Origin: Candidatus Staskawiczbacteria bacterium
GTDB lineage: Bacteria; Patescibacteriota; Minisyncoccia; Minisyncoccales; Staskawiczbacteraceae
Direction of reading: 5' to 3'
DNA length: 64,000 nucleotides
Assembly: GCA_041661545.1 (NCBI GenBank)
Contig: JBAZUH010000001.1
Location: 211,877 to 275,876, forward strand
The position numbers and the translations under genes were made by a program. This document shows, piece by piece, positions 21,403-29,766 of this stretch. Position 1 is the stretch's first letter. Each line of letters starts with the position of its first letter. A model generated the notes under the pieces. The model was not told the DNA's origin, did not search any database, and saw only the letters and a program-made list of their open reading frames with translations.

Positions 21403-22443
21403 TTATATTACTAAAAAATTCGTTATTATTTTTACTAATTTTTCTTTTTCCGACCTGTCGCTCACCGCAATCAAAAGCGCAAGCGCAGTAAGCGCGTTAT
21501 CATTAATTTTCTTTTCACCGTTTTCTTTATAAGAGTAATTACTCTTATCTAAAAAGTATGCAAACAGAAATGAGGCAATCCTTTTATTACCATCAACAAA
21601 TGGATGGTCTTTAATAATAAAATAAAGCAAATGCGCCGCTTTTTCCTCTATAGATGGATAAAGTTCTCTTTTATCAAAAGTTTGGTAAATATTCCCAACA
21701 ATGCCCTTTAATTTTTCGCTGTTTTCTTGCCCAAACAATTCGCTTGCCTCTTTTTTAGCAACAAGGCTTTTCTTAATTTCTTCAATAACATTTGATGCAC
21801 ATGCATAGTTTAAAACAAATTTACCCCTTCCTCGCTTTACCAGAGAAACTTTTTCTGTATCATACTGCTCAAGCAAGGTTAAAGTTTTTGAGTAATCACT
21901 CAATAAACTTAAAATTTCCTGCTCTTGCCCAGCCATCAACTCGTGACCAGCTTTCTTTTGTAAAAAGTCGATAGTGCTTTGTAATTCTCTAAATTTATTC
22001 TTGGTATCAAGCAGTCTTTTATCATTTATTGCATAACCCTTCACTAAATAATCTTTTAAGGTCTTAGTAGCCCAAATTCTGAATTGCGTAGCCCTTTTGG
22101 AATTAACCCTATAGCCAACCGAAATAATCGCATCCAAATTATAAAATTTGACATTTTGTTTTTGCGTTTTACCCTTAATGGCACCATGTCTAGTGGTATG
22201 TTCCAAAATGGAACTAACCACTTTTTCGTCCAATTCTTTGCTTTTAAAAATATTCTTGAGGTGCTTGGTTATTGCTGGTCTCTGCGTACCAAAAAGAAGC
22301 GCAATTTTGTCTTGCGTAAGCCAAATAGTTTCTTTATCTAAAGAAATATCAATCCTTATTCTTTTATCTGATGTTTTATAAATAACAATTTCTCCCCGCC
22401 CCTTTGAAGCCTTGCTCGAAAGAAGATTTTCTTTCTTTGACAT
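21403..22443 (-). CDS. RhuM-like N-terminal domain fused to a Fic/Doc domain
   Basis: 346-aa ORF. The N-terminal FYNLDAIISVGYRVNSKRATQFRIWAT is RhuM-like, and the C-terminal HPFVDGNKR is the Fic/Doc active-site motif. Confidence 0.7.
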   Translation of the reverse strand: MSKKENLLSSKASKGRGEIVIYKTSDKRIRIDISLDKETIWLTQDKIALLFGTQRPAITKHLKNIFKSKELDEKVVSSILEHTTRHGAIKGKTQKQNVKFYNLDAIISVGYRVNSKRATQFRIWATKTLKDYLVKGYAINDKRLLDTKNKFRELQSTIDFLQKKAGHELMAGQEQEILSLLSDYSKTLTLLEQYDTEKVSLVKRGRGKFVLNYACASNVIEEIKKSLVAKKEASELFGQENSEKLKGIVGNIYQTFDKRELYPSIEEKAAHLLYFIIKDHPFVDGNKRIASFLFAYFLDKSNYSYKENGEKKINDNALTALALLIAVSDRSEKEKLVKIITNFLVI

Positions 22444-22511
22444 TTCAATTATTTTTTATTATTTTAATTATTTTATTATATAACAACTAAAAAACTATCT
22501 CAATAATATAC

Positions 22512-22558
22512 AAAAAAAGGCCACGTTTCGCTAGGCTGTTGCTTTTGCGAAACGTGGC
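22512..22558 (-). terminator. terminator of cassette 5
   Basis: 12-bp perfect stem gccacgtttcgc/gcgaaacgtggc followed by a T7 run on the minus strand. Confidence 0.7.
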
Positions 22559-22583
22559 ATGATAGGCTCACTGAGCCGTGTTC

Positions 22584-23507
22584 TTACTTGCCCTTCTTCG
22601 GCGGACGGGGCTTCTTCCGTCGCGCGGTGAGCTTGGTGGCGGGCGCAGGCGCTTCGGGTGAAGCGGGCGCTTCGGCTACCAACTGCCATTCAGGACTCAG
22701 TCCATCCGGAGTGGGAACTTCAGCGACCGGAGGCTGCTCAGCCGACTCGGAAGTCGGCGGAGCGGGTTGCTCGGGAACAGGCTCGGTGGGCGGCTGAGCG
22801 GTGGGCTCGGGCGTAGGTGCTTGCGGTTCCCAACGAGAGGCTTCGGGAAAAGGCCCTGGGAAAAGACCTCCGCTTCCAAACAGAACTTCGAATGGGTCGG
22901 AACGGCGGGGTTCCCCAAAGAACTCCGGACGGAGACGACCACGCGCATCCATAAATCCGGGCGGATATGGGGATGGCGGTGGACCATACATGTCGCCAAA
23001 AAGGCTGTCGAGGCCCGCCAAAGCGCCGAGATTCATGGCGCCAAGGTCTATGACCGTGATCTCCGGCTCAATGGCCACGATGTGCCACCACTTCTTCACG
23101 GCCAGTGTCCGTTTCTCAAAACTTGCCATGGCGCACTGCTGGGGGAAGACTTCCTTGATCCCCCTCCACAAGAGACGGTTAAGGATAGTCAATTCCTCTT
23201 GCACGATGTCTAGTTCGGCGACCGATCGGCTCATGCGCTTTTTGATGTCGGCACCATTGGCCAGAACCATGGAAAATTCGTCCATCAAACGCATCTGGCA
23301 ATAGCCCCCTATGCTTTCCACTTCTCGCATGCAGATCGCTCTAAGCGTTGCCACCGCCTTCAAATGGTTCGGCAAAATGCCGATGAAGGTATCACCTTCC
23401 TGGATAAGCCCTTGGGGCTCTTCATACTCGGCGGCAGGCATGGTCTCAATCCTGTCAAGCAGAGCTCGCAGAAATCTCGTCGTTACGCTTCCCTTTGGTT
23501 GTTTCAT
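22584..23507 (-). CDS. hypothetical protein with a Pro/Ala-rich C-terminal tail (cassette 5)
   Basis: Start taken at MKQPKGS (ATG). One sample stretch is 45 of 60 nt GC. The C-terminus is low complexity (PEPTAQPPTEPVPEQPAPP) and ends in KKPRPPKKGK. Confidence 0.55.
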   Translation of the reverse strand: MKQPKGSVTTRFLRALLDRIETMPAAEYEEPQGLIQEGDTFIGILPNHLKAVATLRAICMREVESIGGYCQMRLMDEFSMVLANGADIKKRMSRSVAELDIVQEELTILNRLLWRGIKEVFPQQCAMASFEKRTLAVKKWWHIVAIEPEITVIDLGAMNLGALAGLDSLFGDMYGPPPSPYPPGFMDARGRLRPEFFGEPRRSDPFEVLFGSGGLFPGPFPEASRWEPQAPTPEPTAQPPTEPVPEQPAPPTSESAEQPPVAEVPTPDGLSPEWQLVAEAPASPEAPAPATKLTARRKKPRPPKKGK

Positions 23508-23598
23508 GGCTTCAATTCGGTTGTTCGTGGGGTTGGTTTGGTTTTTCAGTTTCCGCAAACGCGCGGAAACTAAAAGTCACCTTTTAGGTGCTACAAAT

Positions 23599-23627
23599 AC
23601 CTTATCACACAAAAAATATAGTGTCAA
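23599..23627 (-). promoter_or_regulatory. promoter of cassette 5
   Basis: Minus strand TTGACA, 17 nt, TAAGGT. The leader has cacct/aggtg and gtttccgc/gcggaaac hairpins. Confidence 0.5.
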
Positions 23628-23676
23628 TATGACTAAAATAAATAAAAAGCCGCCTCAAAGAAACGGCTAATATATT

Positions 23677-23955
23677 TTAATTAAATTTTTTGTTCCACCT
23701 TTCTAATGTGGGAATTGGGCGGGTTGCAAGCCAAGCAAAAAACCCATTCATCCCAGCTTTTTTCATTTGTTCAATACAAAATTTTTGAAATTTTTCGGCA
23801 GTATCAATTTCTGGAGGATTCAAAAATAATCCATTTTCATAGCACATAGAACAATACTTGGCACTTTTTGACCCGTCTTTTTCGCTCCCACCCCCTTTTT
23901 TATCTTTATTTAGTGGAAACCCACAACTTTGACAAAACTTGTATATTTTTTCCAT
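23677..23955 (-). CDS. zinc-ribbon domain protein
   Basis: 92-aa ORF with CQSCGFPL and YCSMCY Cys pairs. Confidence 0.6.
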   Translation of the reverse strand: MEKIYKFCQSCGFPLNKDKKGGGSEKDGSKSAKYCSMCYENGLFLNPPEIDTAEKFQKFCIEQMKKAGMNGFFAWLATRPIPTLERWNKKFN

Positions 23956-23977
23956 AAATTTCTTTGATAATTAATTA

Positions 23978-24547
23978 TTAAAATTCTTGAATATGATATA
24001 CTCCCCTGTCATTTGTTGGAGCATACAGCCCCTCTACAAAATCTTTGGATGAATCTCTTAAAAATGGCTCCACCTTCTTTACAGCACAATTCTTACAGAA
24101 ATAAACGGGCATAGATGATATTTTTCTAAAATGCGGGAATTCATAATCTTCTTTATTAAAATATGCAACTGTTGCCCTTGAGCCACATTTTTTACATACC
24201 TTTCCTTTAATATTATCTAAAATATTAGAAACATTACCTTGATCTTCTTTCGTATATTGCCATTCTTTTAATTTATCTACTGTTGCATATAAATATCCAT
24301 ATGGATAATGAACAAAATCTGGCTCTATAATCATTATGTCATAGTTAGATGAAGTAAAATCTTTTTCCCATCTTTCTAATAAATGATTTTTGCAAAATGA
24401 TATAATATTGTCTTTTTCATCTCTGTATATATCTTTAGTGTCGCTACCACAAACAGCACATTTTGCTGGTTTCAAAGCAAACTTAATAAATGCCCAAATA
24501 GCCACGCCTACAACTAAAACAATAATAATCCCTGTTAAAATATCCAT
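23978..24547 (-). CDS. membrane-anchored double zinc-ribbon protein
   Basis: Start taken at MDILTGIIIVLVV. Cys pairs are CAVCGS...FCKNH and CKKCGS...FCKNC. The tracked ORF extension reads through the repeat at 24557. Confidence 0.55.
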   Translation of the reverse strand: MDILTGIIIVLVVGVAIWAFIKFALKPAKCAVCGSDTKDIYRDEKDNIISFCKNHLLERWEKDFTSSNYDIMIIEPDFVHYPYGYLYATVDKLKEWQYTKEDQGNVSNILDNIKGKVCKKCGSRATVAYFNKEDYEFPHFRKISSMPVYFCKNCAVKKVEPFLRDSSKDFVEGLYAPTNDRGVYHIQEF

Positions 24548-24556
24548 ATATTTTTT

Positions 24557-24609
24557 CAGGTTGCCCCTGCCTACGCCAAGGCTACGGCGAGGCAAGCATG
24601 GGCAACCTG
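24557..24609 (+). repeat. intercistronic GC-rich hairpin repeat, copy 1
   Basis: caggttgccc...gggcaacctg 10-bp outer stem enclosing tgcctacgcc-aaggctac-ggcgaggca. Confidence 0.85.
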
Positions 24610-24614
24610 ACACG

Positions 24615-24866
24615 TTAATTATTTTTTTTGATCCACCAATTTTTAAATAAAGAAATTGAAAATGTTGAAATAACAAATCCCAAGGTTGGCACAATGGCAT
24701 TTGCAAAAGGTTTTTCCAGTTTTGCAAAATAGAAAAAAATTACAATAACAATATAGGTTAAAACCGCAACCAAAATTTTCCGCGCCCAGCTTGTTTCCCA
24801 CGCCTTGTCTTGCTCAACTTTTTTGTTTCTTTCTTTTATTAAATTAATTTCTTTCTCAAAATCCAT
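24615..24866 (-). CDS. small two-TM membrane protein
   Basis: 83-aa ORF. Confidence 0.55.
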   Translation of the reverse strand: MDFEKEINLIKERNKKVEQDKAWETSWARKILVAVLTYIVIVIFFYFAKLEKPFANAIVPTLGFVISTFSISLFKNWWIKKNN

Positions 24867-24876
24867 AATTTTATTT

Positions 24877-24935
24877 CCTCAGGTTGCCCCTGCCTACGCC
24901 AAGGCTACGGCGAGGCAAGCATGGGCAACCTGAGG
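24877..24935 (+). repeat. intercistronic GC-rich hairpin repeat, copy 2
   Basis: cctcaggttgcccc...gggcaacctgagg. The interior is identical to copy 1. Confidence 0.85.
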
Positions 24936-24940
24936 TGTTT

Positions 24941-25237
24941 TTAGTTTTTAAATTGAATTACATTAAGACCTTTTTCTATTATTTCTTTTTCTTGGCCAAA
25001 ACTGTCAATTTTAAAATTTAAAACAAAATCAACCTTTTTCTCAATTTTTCTGCCAGTATATTGTTTTGTTTTAGGATTCCACTCTTCTAAAATTAACGTG
25101 TCGCCTTTTTGCACATCAAAATCTGCCAAGCGCAACTCAAACCTCTTTTCTCCTGATATGACCTTTTCAAAATACTCCGGCCAACATTTCCTTCGCCAGG
25201 CCGTAGCCTTGTGCGTAGGCTGGTTCTTTATTTCCAT
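24941..25237 (-). CDS. ASCH/DUF3850-like domain protein
   Basis: Start taken at MEIKNQ. CWPEYFEKVISGEKRFELRLADFDVQKGDTLILEEW is ASCH-like. Confidence 0.6.
   Translation of the reverse strand: MEIKNQPTHKATAWRRKCWPEYFEKVISGEKRFELRLADFDVQKGDTLILEEWNPKTKQYTGRKIEKKVDFVLNFKIDSFGQEKEIIEKGLNVIQFKN
25194..25223 (+). repeat. GC-rich repeat inside the ASCH CDS (encodes KATAW)
   Basis: cgccaggccgtagccttgtgcgtaggctgg. The core gccgtagcc-ttg-gcgtaggc is shared with the intercistronic repeats. Confidence 0.55.
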
Positions 25238-25246
25238 ATTATTTTT

Positions 25247-25299
25247 CAGGTTGCCCCCGCCTACGCCAAGGCTACGGCGAGGCAAGCATGGGCAACCTG
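25247..25299 (+). repeat. intercistronic GC-rich hairpin repeat, copy 3
   Basis: caggttgcccccgcctacgccaaggctacggcgaggcaagcatgggcaacctg. Confidence 0.85.
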
Positions 25300-25326
25300 G
25301 CGAATTTTTATATATTGTTGAATTTT

Positions 25327-25536
25327 TTAGGTTTCTTTTGGGTTTTGAGGAATTATTACCATTGCCACAATATATGCCAAAAATAGCGGAAAAAATCCCG
25401 AGAGAAAAGTAATTATTATATATGCTAGTCTCAAAAGCGAAGGGTCTACATTATAATATTCCCCCACCCCTCCAATAACCCCAGCCCACATTCTATTTGT
25501 TTTACTTCTATACAAACGTTTATTTAAATCTCCCAT
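25327..25536 (-). CDS. PspC-domain membrane protein
   Basis: 69-aa ORF. RLYRSKTNRMWAGVIGGVGEYYNVDPSLLRLAYI matches the PspC domain pattern. Confidence 0.75.
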   Translation of the reverse strand: MGDLNKRLYRSKTNRMWAGVIGGVGEYYNVDPSLLRLAYIIITFLSGFFPLFLAYIVAMVIIPQNPKET

Positions 25537-25563
25537 AATATTTTTTTTAAAATTCCATATTTT

Positions 25564-26163
25564 TTAATTAAGTCCTAATTTTAAAAATTCGTCAGGTGTC
25601 ATTATTTTAAAATCTCGAAGCCATTCTATTTTTTTAATTCTTTTTATTAGTGGCTTATCCCAGGTCAAAAAATAATCAATGTTTCCACAAATGGCTTGAA
25701 CTATATGTAGAGAGTCTTTTCCATCGATTCCAGAATTTATAAGAATTTCTAATAAATTTAATTCATCTTGTATATAAAAACTTATTCTTGAATCATATGG
25801 GCTTGTTGCCCATAAGGCTGCAAATTTTGAACTGACTGGCATTAAATGAACGCCCTTCCAATAACTCCACTCTTCTGCTTCGTCTTTTCTTGCGTTCTCG
25901 TATGCAATCCTTTTTTTATTAACAAAATCAATAACTATTTGATCAATTTGCTGGCTTCCAGTCGGCAAAAGTTTATCATAAATTCTTAAAGCAATATCCT
26001 TCTCTCTTAAAAGAGGAAAAACTTTTCCGTGTAATTCTACGGTTGCATGATCGCTAATATATAGAATTAATACACCATCCTTTGATAAATTTTTGACAAT
26101 TTCGTGTTCTTTTCTTTCCGCTCCCAATATTAATATATTAGAATCAAGATAAACCTTCTTCAT
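25564..26163 (-). CDS. PIN-domain protein (VapC-like nuclease fold)
   Basis: 199-aa ORF with VYLDSNILI at the N-terminus and DSLHIVQAICGNIDYFLTWDK at the C-terminus. Confidence 0.55.
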   Translation of the reverse strand: MKKVYLDSNILILGAERKEHEIVKNLSKDGVLILYISDHATVELHGKVFPLLREKDIALRIYDKLLPTGSQQIDQIVIDFVNKKRIAYENARKDEAEEWSYWKGVHLMPVSSKFAALWATSPYDSRISFYIQDELNLLEILINSGIDGKDSLHIVQAICGNIDYFLTWDKPLIKRIKKIEWLRDFKIMTPDEFLKLGLN

Positions 26164-26995
26164 TTTTTATTATGGGTATGATTTGTTCTGGATTTCCACC
26201 TTTAAGATTATAAAAGTCAACTCTTGCGAAACCCGCTAATAAATCATTAATCTTTTGTGCGCCATATGGATTTAAATCATCAGCAACAATAATTAATAAG
26301 ACTCTTTTAATGCCAAATATAATTAGCTTTTCCCTGAGCTTACTAATAATGAATTTAAGCGTTTCGGGATGCTTGTTGGCTCCAATATATCTTATTTCAA
26401 CTGCTGTTTTTTTCCCGGTTCCAGACGTCAATAATCCGTCTAGAATAATCGTCCTTAAGCCTTTGGTCAATTTTACATTGGGCCTATATTCTTGACCAAG
26501 ATTTGCCTGAAGTATAACCTGTACCGACTCTTCTATTTTCCTAATTTTTTTCAACTTCAAAAGGAATTCCTGGTTAGATGATTTGGGTTCGGTCCTTTGT
26601 ACGTTTTCTTCTATACAAACTTCACCATCCCTCGCTGGCGTTTCTTTTATGTCTTCTATCGCCTTAGCTGTGACTTCTCTCTCGCTAGCATCGGATGTTA
26701 ACGGACTCGCATTGACTCCACCTGGCCCAATTGATATGATTCTTTTTCTAATAAACTCATCTATTGCATCTTTTTGTTGATATAACAATATACAAGATAT
26801 AATTATAATGGCTGCGGGCCAAGACGTTAAAATTATAGTTAGATATTTATCAATAAGAATAAACAATCTGTCTGAGAATAATTTAATAAATATGCTAAAC
26901 AACAAGGATAGGAGAGCTAGCACAAAAAATATATATAAAATTATCAATACGGATTTTTTTATAAATAGATCTCTATCTTTTTCTTCGTCATCCAT
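26144..26995 (-). CDS. membrane protein with a C-terminal restriction-endonuclease-like region (tentative)
   Basis: 283-aa ORF with 2-3 N-terminal TM helices. ILDGLL...AVEIRY resembles a degenerate D...ExK core. It overlaps the PIN gene by 20 nt. Confidence 0.4.
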   Translation of the reverse strand: MDDEEKDRDLFIKKSVLIILYIFFVLALLSLLFSIFIKLFSDRLFILIDKYLTIILTSWPAAIIIISCILLYQQKDAIDEFIRKRIISIGPGGVNASPLTSDASEREVTAKAIEDIKETPARDGEVCIEENVQRTEPKSSNQEFLLKLKKIRKIEESVQVILQANLGQEYRPNVKLTKGLRTIILDGLLTSGTGKKTAVEIRYIGANKHPETLKFIISKLREKLIIFGIKRVLLIIVADDLNPYGAQKINDLLAGFARVDFYNLKGGNPEQIIPIIKNEEGLS

Positions 26996-27171
26996 AACTT
27001 TATTTTTATTTCTTAATTAATTTTAAAAACTTACCTCATATTAAATTCTACTCTCTCATATAGCCATGTCAAATGATATTTTATATACAGAAGCTGTGGA
27101 TAACTTACGCTTTGAGTTTCGGTTTATGTTCGGTATAATTAAATTGTAGCGCAATTAAATTTTAATGCAAT

Positions 27172-28752
27172 ATGCAAACATTAACAAAAAAACAAAAACA
27201 AGTTTTCGATTTTATTAATGAATACATATTAGAGAATGGTATCTCCCCTACTTTTGAAGAAATCCGAAAAACACTTGGACTAAAAGCCATATCTACTATA
27301 CATGAACACGTGGGCACGCTTAAAAAGAAGGGCTATCTTGCAAAAGATATAAATTCAATCCGAAACATAACCCCCAAAAAATCCATACGAATAATTATAG
27401 ATATTCCCATTGTGGGGAAAATTGCAGCTGGCAAACCAATAGAGGCCATAGAAGATAACTTGCAAGAAATTATATCTATATCAAATCCAACTATAAAAAG
27501 CTCGAAAGATTATTATGCACTCCGCGTAACTGGCGACAGCATGATTGGCGAAGGCATATTTGATGGCGATATAGTAATAATCAAAAAACAATCTGTAGCT
27601 GAAAATGGGCAAACCGTGGTAGCAATCATAGACGACAACGAGGCCACTCTTAAAAAACTTTATCGAGAAAAAAATAGATTCCGCTTAGAGCCAAGGAATC
27701 CAAGCATGCTCCCTTTTTTTAGAAAAGAAGTTGAAGTCAGGGGGGTAGTTGTTCAAGTAATTAGCAATATTCCTAATAAACCAAAAGAAAAAATATCAAA
27801 AAAGACTAAACACGGATTTAAAACTATTGATCTTTTTGCTGGAATTGGCGGAATACGTATTGGTTTTGAGAGGGCTGGCTTTGAAACAGTTTTTGCAAAT
27901 GACTTTGACGAACCATGCAAAATAACTTACGATTTTAATTTTCCTAGAGTAAAATTAGTGGCTGAAGATATAAGAAAAATCGGCTTAGATGATATTCCTA
28001 AATTTGATTTTTTATTAGGAGGCTTTCCTTGCCAGGCATTTTCTATCGCTGGATATAGAAAAGGATTCAATGACGAAAAAGGACGTGGAAATTTATTTTT
28101 TGATATAGCAAAAATTATTGAAGATAAAAAACCGGAAGGATTTCTTTTAGAAAATGTTAAAAATTTAAAAAGCCACGACGAAGGAAAAACTTTTAAAATA
28201 ATCGAAGAAACTTTAAAAAATTTAGGCTATTATCTAAATGTAAAAATTTTAAACAGCATGGAATATGGCAATATTCCACAAAATAGAGAGAGAATTTATA
28301 TAGTGGGCTTTAAAAATAAAAACTACGCAGATAATTTTAATTTTCCAGAACCAAGAAAACTTACTAAAAAAATTATCGATCTACTCGAGGACAATGTTGT
28401 TGAAAAATATTATTATAACGGCAAACCCCTGTTTGAGAAGCTAAAAAATTTCATAAAAGAGGAAGGAAAAGTTTATCAATGGCGCAGACAATATGTCCGC
28501 GAAAATAAAAGCGGAGTTTGCCCAACATTAACCGCAAATATGGGAATGGGCGGACACAATGTGCCAATTATAAAAGATAAAAAAGGTATAAGAAAACTTA
28601 CCCCTTTAGAGTGCTTTAGAATACAGGGTTTTCCAGAAAACTTTAAACTTCCGCAAATATCAGATTCTTCTCTATACAAGCAAGCTGGAAATTCTGTGAG
28701 TGTTCCAGTTATAGAAGCCGTTGCCACTCAAATGATGAAGGCAATGTCATAA
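27172..28752 (+). CDS. LexA-like repressor (wHTH + S24 autopeptidase) fused to a DNA (cytosine-5) methyltransferase
   Basis: 526-aa single ORF. The N-terminus is LexA-like (LTKKQKQVFDFI...GISPTFEEI). KIAAGKPIEA is the Ala-Gly cleavage site, and GDSM (Ser) and TLKKL (Lys) are the catalytic residues. These are followed by MTase motifs DLFAGIGG (I), GGFPCQAFS (IV), ENVKNL (VI), QNRERIYIVG (VIII) and GNSVSVPV (X). Confidence 0.85.
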   Translation: MQTLTKKQKQVFDFINEYILENGISPTFEEIRKTLGLKAISTIHEHVGTLKKKGYLAKDINSIRNITPKKSIRIIIDIPIVGKIAAGKPIEAIEDNLQEIISISNPTIKSSKDYYALRVTGDSMIGEGIFDGDIVIIKKQSVAENGQTVVAIIDDNEATLKKLYREKNRFRLEPRNPSMLPFFRKEVEVRGVVVQVISNIPNKPKEKISKKTKHGFKTIDLFAGIGGIRIGFERAGFETVFANDFDEPCKITYDFNFPRVKLVAEDIRKIGLDDIPKFDFLLGGFPCQAFSIAGYRKGFNDEKGRGNLFFDIAKIIEDKKPEGFLLENVKNLKSHDEGKTFKIIEETLKNLGYYLNVKILNSMEYGNIPQNRERIYIVGFKNKNYADNFNFPEPRKLTKKIIDLLEDNVVEKYYYNGKPLFEKLKNFIKEEGKVYQWRRQYVRENKSGVCPTLTANMGMGGHNVPIIKDKKGIRKLTPLECFRIQGFPENFKLPQISDSSLYKQAGNSVSVPVIEAVATQMMKAMS

Positions 28753-28754
28753 AA

Positions 28755-29642
28755 TTACTCTACGAACTCTATTTTAATGCTGTTTATTTTATCAATTTCG
28801 TTCTTTAAATATGCGGGTCCGATGTCTTTATCTCTTAGGTTCACCCCTTGATGAATAAAAGATGTCGTAATTTTTAAAGCCATATCACTATCAACCCACT
28901 TTTTAGGCTTGAGCCTTAGCTCCAATCTCTTTTTGGCTTTATAAATTTTTGCATTACCAAGTTCGTTATCTATAAAATTATCTAAAAATACAGATTTGCT
29001 TGTGGTCCTATTTTTATTGATGTCAACTAGTTGTATTTTATTTAAATCTAAAACGGCACCTGAAAAATAAAAATCTGCGCCCTGAATTTGTGTACTGGGA
29101 CGAAGTATAAACAAATAGTATATTTTTTGGATTGGATAATTTCTATTTAATGATTTATATTTTTCGAAAAGCAAGCTCATCCATTGGTCTTTAATTTTCT
29201 TATAATTCTTTTTTTCAAACATTTGATCCAGGTCAATGCCTGGGCCTTCAAATTTTTGCCCAAGCGAAGCCTCTCCACTATCGCGAGAGGACACATCACC
29301 TGTTGGTGTAAGACTAATATTCAGCATCTTAATATCTGCACCCCAATGTTCGCGCTCATTATAAATATCTATTGGATATGACCCAGCGCCTACGGGTTTG
29401 ACATCAAGCGCTTGCGTGAACCATTGTTCTATATGCTCTTTTGGTATTTGAATAGGAAGTATTTTTTGCCCAATTTTTGGTTCTGGCTGAGAAAACAACG
29501 ATTTAATCAAAAAATATTTTATAATTTTTTTTGATTTTTCGTCTAAAAATCCCAACAATTCATTTTTTGACAAAGGATTAACGACATATTTTTTTAATTT
29601 CGAAGACTTATTTTTTACTGTCATATATTTTTTCAGTTTCAT
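28755..29642 (-). CDS. candidate type II restriction endonuclease (PD-(D/E)XK-like)
   Basis: 295-aa ORF lying tail-to-tail, 2 nt from the methyltransferase stop. YPIDIY...GADIKML fits a PD...D-x-K core. No family name could be assigned by eye. Confidence 0.45.
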   Translation of the reverse strand: MKLKKYMTVKNKSSKLKKYVVNPLSKNELLGFLDEKSKKIIKYFLIKSLFSQPEPKIGQKILPIQIPKEHIEQWFTQALDVKPVGAGSYPIDIYNEREHWGADIKMLNISLTPTGDVSSRDSGEASLGQKFEGPGIDLDQMFEKKNYKKIKDQWMSLLFEKYKSLNRNYPIQKIYYLFILRPSTQIQGADFYFSGAVLDLNKIQLVDINKNRTTSKSVFLDNFIDNELGNAKIYKAKKRLELRLKPKKWVDSDMALKITTSFIHQGVNLRDKDIGPAYLKNEIDKINSIKIEFVE

Positions 29643-29699
29643 TAAATTTACACCTTTTGCGGTTATTTTTTCCAGTCTTTTTGAATCGATTGGTGGAGG

Positions 29700-29732
29700 T
29701 CCCGCCCCAGCGGAATCCCCGCTGGGGCGGGA
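29700..29732. repeat. GC-rich perfect hairpin (tcccgccccagcgg-aatc-cccgctggggcggga)
   Basis: Related to the in-CDS elements at 49043 and 57784 (cccgcc...gcgggatcccgc...ggcggg). Confidence 0.7.
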
Positions 29733-29766
29733 AAATTCCGCCGTGGATGCATTTTACAACCACTTT

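Noticed and set aside
22588-23670. Plus-strand ORFs antisense to the cassette-5 gene (22588..22797, 22767..23213, 22801..23304, 23311..23670, 23364..23573) and minus-strand ORF 22697..22999
   Set aside because: These are shadow ORFs typical of very GC-rich DNA. The promoter and terminator orientation supports only the 22584..23507 minus-strand frame.
24557-25299. Three near-identical 53-59-bp repeats at roughly regular spacing, considered as a CRISPR array
   Set aside because: The spacers are 267-311 bp long and are complete protein-coding genes. The repeats are long imperfect hairpins with relatives scattered elsewhere, and no cas genes are nearby.
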